From NCBI GenBank assembly GCA_000503835.1, contig CP006914.1, positions 657,680 through 721,679 on the forward strand: a DNA stretch of 64,000 bases. Reading direction: 5' to 3'. This DNA is from a candidate division WWE3 bacterium RAAC2_WWE3_1 (GTDB taxonomy: Bacteria; Patescibacteriota; WWE3; UBA101185; UBA10185). How positions within the stretch are numbered: position 1 is the stretch's first letter; each line of letters begins with the position of its first letter. The notes under the pieces are model-generated. The model did no database searches and was not told the DNA's origin. It saw only the letters and a list, made by a program, of their open reading frames with translations. Shown one piece after another: positions 59,184 to 64,000 of this stretch. A program made the position numbers and the translations under genes.

Positions 59184-60890
59184 ATGAACCTGTTCACTGA
59201 ACTTAGTGTGATCATTGTTGTAGCGGCTGCCCTCGCCGGTGTAATGCGCGTTCTCAAACAGCCCATCGTCATCGGGTACGTTCTTACAGGCATAATCCTC
59301 GGTCCGCACGTTTTGGGTTTGTTGAGCTCGAATGAATCCATGTCGGCCTTTTCCCAGATGGGTATCGCAATCCTGCTTTTCATTGTCGGACTAAACCTTA
59401 ACCCAAAAGAACTTAAAAGTTTCGGTACCACTTCTTTCTTAATCGGATTCCTTCAGGTTTTATTCACATCATTTTTCGGATTTTTGATTTCGCGGCTTTT
59501 AAATTTTCCGGTTATAGAAAGTTTGTATATCGGAATAGCGCTATCTTTTAGTAGTACGATTGTCGTTTTAAAATTTCTCTCAGACAAAAAGGATCTCGAA
59601 AAACTGTACGGCCGTCTTACAATCGGCGTCTTGCTCCTTCAGGACATTTTAGCCGCCGTAGCTTTAATCGCGGTTTCGGGAATAGCGGGAGGCAGCGAAG
59701 GACTCTCCTCGTTTTTACTGCTAATAGTTAAGGGTCTCGCAGTGATTCTGGTAATCTCACTCGTAAGCTACTACGCAATGCCGGCGCTAGGTGCGTTTTT
59801 TGCCCGCTCCCAAGAGTATCTCTTCATTTTTTCACTGGCCTGGGGATTCGGATTAGCTACCCTTTTTGGGATACTCGGATTTTCGGTTGAAATCGGCGCC
59901 CTAATTGCCGGAGTTTCTTTATCAATCTTGCCGTACAGCTCGGAAATAAGTTCGCGTCTAAAACCTTTGCGTGACTTTTTCATCGTTATGTTTTTCATCT
60001 CCCTCGGATATCAGATTTCCTTTGATACTTTGTCGGGAATGTTTGTGCCCCTTTCAATTTTGGCGGCTTTTGTTCTATTCGGGAAACCGTTAATTCTTGG
60101 AATTTTGGTAGAAGTTTTCGGCTATTCCAAAAAGACAGCCTTCCTAACCGGAGTGAGTCTAGCCCAAATCAGCGAATTTTCGATGATATTTGCCCTCCTG
60201 GGTTTAAAGGTCGGGCACGTCTCCGGAGAGGTCGTAAGTGTAATTACAATTCTGGGATTTTTAAGCATAGCCCTGTCGTCCTACCTAATTGTGCATGCTG
60301 AGAAAATTTACCCGCTTTTTGTGCCGATCTTAAAAATATTTGAAAGCAGGGCGCCCGCCGTTGAAGATGCCCCCGACCGTGTCTACGACACCGTATTGTT
60401 CGGTTGCAACAGGGCAGGTTACGATTTCGTGAAAATATTTAAGGAATTTGGGACGCAGTTTTTGGCGATCGATTTTGATCCCGACATTATTAAGGAATTA
60501 ACAGGCAAGGGAATAAATTGCATTTACGGCGATGCCGAGGACAGCGAATTTCTGGAGGAAATTTCTATTGGAAGGGCAAAGATAGTTATTTCTACCGTTC
60601 CCGAGTACGAAACAAACCACTTTCTATTATCAAAAATTCGCTCAGAGAATGCGGATTCTCTTGTGCTGCTCCTTTCATACAATATCGACGACGCAATAAA
60701 ACTTTATGAAAATGGTGCTACTTATGTTATTTTGCCCCACTTTATAGGCGGAGAATTTGCAGTCAAAATAATTAGTGATGCCGGATTTGACGTTGCAAAA
60801 TTAAACGCCAAGCGCGAAGAGCACGTGAATTATCTTAAGGAAAGAAAAGCTCTAGGACACGCGCACCCGGTGTGGAATCACAATAAGTAG
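59184..60890 (+). CDS. CPA2 cation:proton antiporter with TrkA-N (KefB/KefC-like)
   Basis: Motifs LKQP.VIGY, LLFIVGL, FSST, LLLQD and LRDFF..MFF; C-terminal RCK domain (IYGDA). Confidence 0.9.
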   Translation: MNLFTELSVIIVVAAALAGVMRVLKQPIVIGYVLTGIILGPHVLGLLSSNESMSAFSQMGIAILLFIVGLNLNPKELKSFGTTSFLIGFLQVLFTSFFGFLISRLLNFPVIESLYIGIALSFSSTIVVLKFLSDKKDLEKLYGRLTIGVLLLQDILAAVALIAVSGIAGGSEGLSSFLLLIVKGLAVILVISLVSYYAMPALGAFFARSQEYLFIFSLAWGFGLATLFGILGFSVEIGALIAGVSLSILPYSSEISSRLKPLRDFFIVMFFISLGYQISFDTLSGMFVPLSILAAFVLFGKPLILGILVEVFGYSKKTAFLTGVSLAQISEFSMIFALLGLKVGHVSGEVVSVITILGFLSIALSSYLIVHAEKIYPLFVPILKIFESRAPAVEDAPDRVYDTVLFGCNRAGYDFVKIFKEFGTQFLAIDFDPDIIKELTGKGINCIYGDAEDSEFLEEISIGRAKIVISTVPEYETNHFLLSKIRSENADSLVLLLSYNIDDAIKLYENGATYVILPHFIGGEFAVKIISDAGFDVAKLNAKREEHVNYLKERKALGHAHPVWNHNK

Positions 60891-60954
60891 AGTTGGATTT
60901 TTCGGCGGTATAAGGTACTATTGGCACGTTGCCTCAGTTGTTTATGCTGTATGG

Positions 60955-61030
60955 GGGCCGTTAGCTCAGTTGGTAGAGCGCCGCATTCGCATTGCGGAGA
61001 TCAGCGGTTCGACTCCGCTACGGTCCACCA
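60955..61030 (+). tRNA. tRNA-Ala(CGC)
   Basis: GGGCCGT pairs with ACGGTCC-ACCA including G3.U70; anticodon arm CCGCA-TTCGCAT-TGCGG. Confidence 0.95.
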
Positions 61031-61178
61031 GAAAAAGTAGCGGTAGCCTGGCTACCGATAGTTTTTCTGTGAATCTAAAGCGAAGAACTACGAAGTGGTT
61101 CGTCATTGCGGAGCAATGTATGAGGAAGCGCAGCGAACGAAGTGAGTGAGCAAGCTCTTACTCCGCTACGGTCCACCA
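61031..61178 (+). repeat. tRNA-Ala-linked 148-bp element ending in a direct copy of the tRNA 3' end
   Basis: ACTCCGCTACGGTCCACCA at 61012-61030 and 61160-61178. Hairpin GAAAAA..CGGTAGC/GCTACCG..TTTTTC. Shares GCGAACGAAGTGAGTG with the Ser element. Confidence 0.9.
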
Positions 61179-61204
61179 AAAACTTTTAGTACTAGAAAAA
61201 TATT

Positions 61205-61645
61205 ATGAAAATCGGCGAAGATTTTATAGGTATTGCAACACCCTTCTACTGTAACGATGGAAAAGGCAATTTCTTGCTTCATAAGAGGAGTAAAAAGTGT
61301 AGAGACGAAAATGGTAATTGGGACCCGGGTTCCGGAAAGTTAGATTTTGGAGTAAGTATCGAAGAGAACGTTTTGAAAGAGGTTGCCGAAGAATACGGAT
61401 GTAAGGGGGAGATTCAGGAGCGGCTTCCGGCGCACGATGTTTTTCGCGAGCACGGTGGGGTAAAAACCCATTGGATATCAATTCCATTTTTCATAAAAGT
61501 CAACCCAAAAGAGGTTAGGAATAACGAACCGGATAAAATAGATGAGATTGGTTGGTTCAGATTAGATAATCTGCCAAAACCGCTCCATACTGGTTTTCAA
61601 TTCAGCTTCTCTAAGTTTCGGGATTATTTTGAGAAATACAAGTAA
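61205..61645 (+). CDS. Nudix hydrolase
   Basis: GSGKLDFGVSIEENVLKEVAEEYG (Nudix box) and NNEPDKIDEIGWF. Confidence 0.88.
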   Translation: MKIGEDFIGIATPFYCNDGKGNFLLHKRSKKCRDENGNWDPGSGKLDFGVSIEENVLKEVAEEYGCKGEIQERLPAHDVFREHGGVKTHWISIPFFIKVNPKEVRNNEPDKIDEIGWFRLDNLPKPLHTGFQFSFSKFRDYFEKYK

Positions 61646-61662
61646 CTGGTTCCAAAAATAGG

Positions 61663-61971
61663 TTAGACGAAATAAGCTTTGGAGACACTAAAATCTTCCC
61701 CGACCTCAACCCCATCTTCTTCCAGAAGTCTTTTCTGTTCTAGCGCCGGAATTTCGTTGTGTTTTATACTTATATAACCTTTCGCGTTGATAATTCTCCA
61801 CCAGGGAGTATCTTTTTCATCGCCCCATCGGTTGAGTACCCACCCGACTTCTCTTGCCCCTCTGGGTTTTCCGGCAAAAAGGGCGATTTGACCGTAGCTT
61901 GCAACCCGGCCTTTTGGGATTCTCCGTACCTCTTCTAATACCTTATCTTTAAAGCTCGTTTGTGCCTCCAT
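61663..61971 (-). CDS. alkyltransferase-like protein (MGMT family, ATL type)
   Basis: IPKGRVASYGQIA and AREVG; PWWR in place of catalytic PCHR. Confidence 0.88.
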   Translation of the reverse strand: MEAQTSFKDKVLEEVRRIPKGRVASYGQIALFAGKPRGAREVGWVLNRWGDEKDTPWWRIINAKGYISIKHNEIPALEQKRLLEEDGVEVGEDFSVSKAYFV

Positions 61972-62013
61972 GATGCCTTTATTCTACCAATGCTGTATAC
62001 TTTATTCGACTTT

Positions 62014-62104
62014 GGAGGGATACCGAAGTGGTCATACCGGGCTGGTCTCGAAAACCAAGCGTGGGGCAACTCACACGTGGGTTCGAATCCCACTCCCTCC
62101 GCCA
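62014..62104 (+). tRNA. tRNA-Ser(CGA)
   Basis: GGAGGGA pairs with TCCCTCC-GCCA; anticodon loop CTCGAAA; long variable arm; GGTTCGAATCC. Confidence 0.93.
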
Positions 62105-62241
62105 GCAAAAAGTGGCCGGCGTTCACCGCCGGATATTTTTTGCTTGAGGGAAGCTGATTGAACAGCGAAGCAGGTTCGAATAACACATTTCTGCGAACGA
62201 AGTGAGTGGAAATGCTTTACGAAGTAAAACTCCCTCCGCCA
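62105..62241 (+). repeat. tRNA-Ser-linked 137-bp element ending in a direct copy of the tRNA 3' end
   Basis: ACTCCCTCCGCCA at 62092-62104 and 62229-62241. Hairpin GCAAAAA..CCGGCG/CGCCGG..TTTTTGC, then inverted degenerate tRNA end (GAGGGA..GATTGAAC). Confidence 0.88.
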
Positions 62242-62304
62242 TGTACGAATTCGTTACTACCACAACCAATTCCTAGTTCCAAAGTTAAGTAGTATTATTG
62301 TTTT

Positions 62305-62697
62305 ATGCGAAGGGCTGTTGCTGGTATTGTGTTATTCAAAAATAAAGTACTGATTGGCAAAAAGATTGTCAAAGAAGGCCATTTTGTTAGTGGTGGTTGG
62401 CACATACCGGGAGGACATGTAGAAGAAAATGAAAATGACACCGACGCTTTGATGAGGGAGTTTCAAGAGGAAACACAATTAAAAATAAGAATTATTAAAA
62501 AGTTATGTGATTTCATCATCGAAGAAACAGATACCAGTTTGGGCTGGTTTATTTGTTCTACCGATACGGATAAAGCTGTACCGGGAGATGACCTGACTCA
62601 AATAGATTTTGTAGATAAAACAGAGGTTGCTACAAAATGCGATTCTCGCGCAGTAAGATTATGGCCATCAGAGGTAATAGACTATTTATCTAGATAA
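62305..62697 (+). CDS. Nudix hydrolase (cassette 1)
   Basis: WHIPGGHVEENENDTDALMREFQEET Nudix box. AT-rich. Confidence 0.88.
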   Translation: MRRAVAGIVLFKNKVLIGKKIVKEGHFVSGGWHIPGGHVEENENDTDALMREFQEETQLKIRIIKKLCDFIIEETDTSLGWFICSTDTDKAVPGDDLTQIDFVDKTEVATKCDSRAVRLWPSEVIDYLSR

Positions 62698-62723
62698 GTA
62701 TTAGGGAATTTAGCTATCGCGAA

Positions 62724-62767
62724 AAAAGTTCCAAGTACGTCCAACTCCCTCCGCCATGTTAGAATGT
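62724..62767 (+). repeat. cassette junction repeat containing the tRNA-Ser 3' end and a -10 box
   Basis: AAAAGTTCCAAGTACGTCCAACTCCCTCCGCCATGTTAGAATGT; 38/44 identical to 63331-63374. Confidence 0.88.
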
Positions 62768-62771
62768 CCTT

Positions 62772-63317
62772 ATGTCTATAAGAATTACCTATTTTGTTCA
62801 TGGAACAACCACTGATAATCTACAAGAAATTTCTTCTGGTTGGTCGGATGTAGAACTGTCGGATAAAGGAGTTCAACAATCTATAGATTTAAGGGATCAA
62901 ATAAAAGGTAAAAAGTTCGATGCGGTGTTTTGTTCGGATCTAAAAAGGGCAGTGAAGTCTGCTGAATTGACTTTCAAGGATGAAGCTCCTATTTTTCAGG
63001 ATAAGCGATTAAGAGAATGTAACTATGGAAAATATAATGCACAACCATCTTCAGTTGTTGAGCCCCTCCAAGAGAAATATATAACTGAGCAGTTTCCTGA
63101 TGGCGAAAGTTATGAAGATGTGAAGCTAAGAATACTCGAATTTTTACAGGATTTGAGACAGAATTACGAAGGAAAAAGTATCGCTATTGTTGCGCATAAA
63201 GCCCCACAACTCGCTTTGGATGTGTTACTAGTCGGGAAATCTTGGGAAGAAGCGTTTGCACAGGATTGGAGAAAAAGAAAAGCTTGGCAACCCGGTTGGG
63301 ATTACACCCTCGCGTAA
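62772..63317 (+). CDS. histidine phosphatase (PGM) family protein (cassette 2)
   Basis: YFVHGTT (variant RHG motif), SDLKRA, LRECNYG, FPDGES and IVAH. Confidence 0.88.
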   Translation: MSIRITYFVHGTTTDNLQEISSGWSDVELSDKGVQQSIDLRDQIKGKKFDAVFCSDLKRAVKSAELTFKDEAPIFQDKRLRECNYGKYNAQPSSVVEPLQEKYITEQFPDGESYEDVKLRILEFLQDLRQNYEGKSIAIVAHKAPQLALDVLLVGKSWEEAFAQDWRKRKAWQPGWDYTLA

Positions 63318-63330
63318 GCTAACTTGGAGA

Positions 63331-63374
63331 AAAAGCTCCAAGTACGTCCCATGCCCTCCGCCAAGGTAGAATGT
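63331..63374 (+). repeat. cassette junction repeat containing the tRNA-Ser 3' end and a -10 box
   Basis: AAAAGCTCCAAGTACGTCCCATGCCCTCCGCCAAGGTAGAATGT. Overlaps inverted repeat ACTTGGAG (63322-63329)/CTCCAAGT (63336-63343). Confidence 0.85.
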
Positions 63375-63462
63375 TGCTAGCGCGCCTTTATTAGCTATCC
63401 AACCACTGTTGATCTGCATGCTATAATGCATCCAACTTAAAATCAAAAGGAAGGAGTTTGCA

Positions 63463-63729
63463 ATGACTGACCCGGCTTCAGATTGTAGTGGCGCATTTCT
63501 AAACATTCCTGAAATCATGTGTGATTGGTTTAATGTCAGCACCGAGGAGGAGGGACGCACAAACGCTCAGAAAATAGCCAATGAAATGGGTAAGGTAATA
63601 ATCCTCCTAAGAAACGCTGACGGGGTATTCTATTTTGCCCTAGCGGGTTCGGGAGGGTTTGAAAGGGCAAAAAAGCAGTTAATTGAGTTTAACTTTGTGC
63701 AAATAGCAACCTATGAACCCGTGAAGTAG
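63463..63729 (+). CDS. hypothetical protein (cassette 3)
   Basis: 88-aa ORF with AAGGAG Shine-Dalgarno upstream and a terminator downstream. Confidence 0.6.
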   Translation: MTDPASDCSGAFLNIPEIMCDWFNVSTEEEGRTNAQKIANEMGKVIILLRNADGVFYFALAGSGGFERAKKQLIEFNFVQIATYEPVK

Positions 63730-63740
63730 ATAGTACTACC

Positions 63741-63779
63741 AGCCTATGTTTTACCATCCTAAACATAGGCTTTCTTTTT
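63741..63779 (+). terminator. intrinsic terminator
   Basis: AGCCTATGTTT/AAACATAGGCT stem followed by a T-rich tract. Confidence 0.75.
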
Positions 63780-63827
63780 AAAATTTTTCCCCCGGCCCAG
63801 TACTCATCGGACACATAGATAAATAAT

Positions 63828-63872
63828 TTCCAATATTACCCAGTGTCCTCCGCAATGTATCAAATTCGTTAC
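63828..63872 (+). repeat. degenerate cassette junction repeat
   Basis: TTCCAA-N12-TCCTCCGCAATGTATCAAATTCGTTAC, compared with TTCCAA-N12-CCCTCCGCCA (62729) and CCCTCCGCCATGTACGAATTCGTTAC (62232). Confidence 0.65.
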
Positions 63873-63924
63873 CCTTGGATCATTGGCAAGTTCCAACCCT
63901 GAAAATTTTCTGTATTATAGTTTC

Positions 63925-64000
63925 ATGGACACTAAAGAACTTTCTCATACTAGAGTAAATCAACCACAGGAAACTGACCCCGTATTTTTCTATCCAAAAG
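63925..64000 (+). CDS. start of next cassette gene (3' truncated by window)
   Basis: ATG 6 nt after TATTAT; reads MDTKELSHTRVNQPQETDPVFFYPK and stays open to the window end. Confidence 0.55.
   Translation, partial: MDTKELSHTRVNQPQETDPVFFYPK

Noticed and set aside
61935-62186. Three short ORFs over tRNA-Ser(CGA)
   Set aside because: They are shadow translations of the tRNA gene.
62229-63872. CRISPR array interpretation of the recurring repeat
   Set aside because: Spacing is about 500-600 bp with whole genes in between, the repeat derives from a tRNA end, and no cas genes are present.
1-64000. Alternative genetic code (UGA=Gly, as in Gracilibacteria/Absconditabacteria)
   Set aside because: Conserved genes are intact under code 11, and TGA ends genes such as sortase, murJ and valS at expected lengths.

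Overview
A bacterial chromosomal segment using genetic code 11 (TGA serves as a stop). Gene content and streamlined proteins point to a Patescibacteria/CPR organism, probably Microgenomates/WWE3-like; this taxonomy is an inference. The window spans the likely replication origin (dnaA plus DnaA-box clusters at about 23.8 and 25.3-25.6 kb). It contains a gap-pgk-tpiA operon interrupted by a ferredoxin plus a shrunken AOR/GOR-like protein; monoderm envelope genes (LCP, sortase and substrate, murJ, murT-gatD); lepA; hrcA-grpE-dnaK with a CIRCE; a VirD4/VirB4-like ATPase; an FtsA-like/baseplate-J-like/ruvX operon; tsaD, proS, valS and rplY; a T4SS-like locus (four VirB2-like pilins, a VirB6-like protein, two proteins of about 1270 aa); smpB-ssrA; comF; and four tRNAs. 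The most striking unexplained signal is at 58-64 kb. Three different tRNA genes (Arg-GCG, Ala-CGC, Ser-CGA) are each followed by a similarly built 137-148 bp element: hairpin, inverted degenerate tRNA 3' end, structured spacer (rich in GNA-triloop hairpins at Ala and Ser), then a direct copy of the tRNA 3' end. Behind tRNA-Ser lies an array of single-gene cassettes, each delimited by a copy of the tRNA 3' end with an attC-like imperfect palindrome and its own -10 box. This resembles an integron-like, tRNA-anchored gene-capture system, and no integrase is present in the window. Across the window, many genes have a -10 box 6-8 nt before the ATG and no Shine-Dalgarno, which suggests pervasive leaderless transcription.
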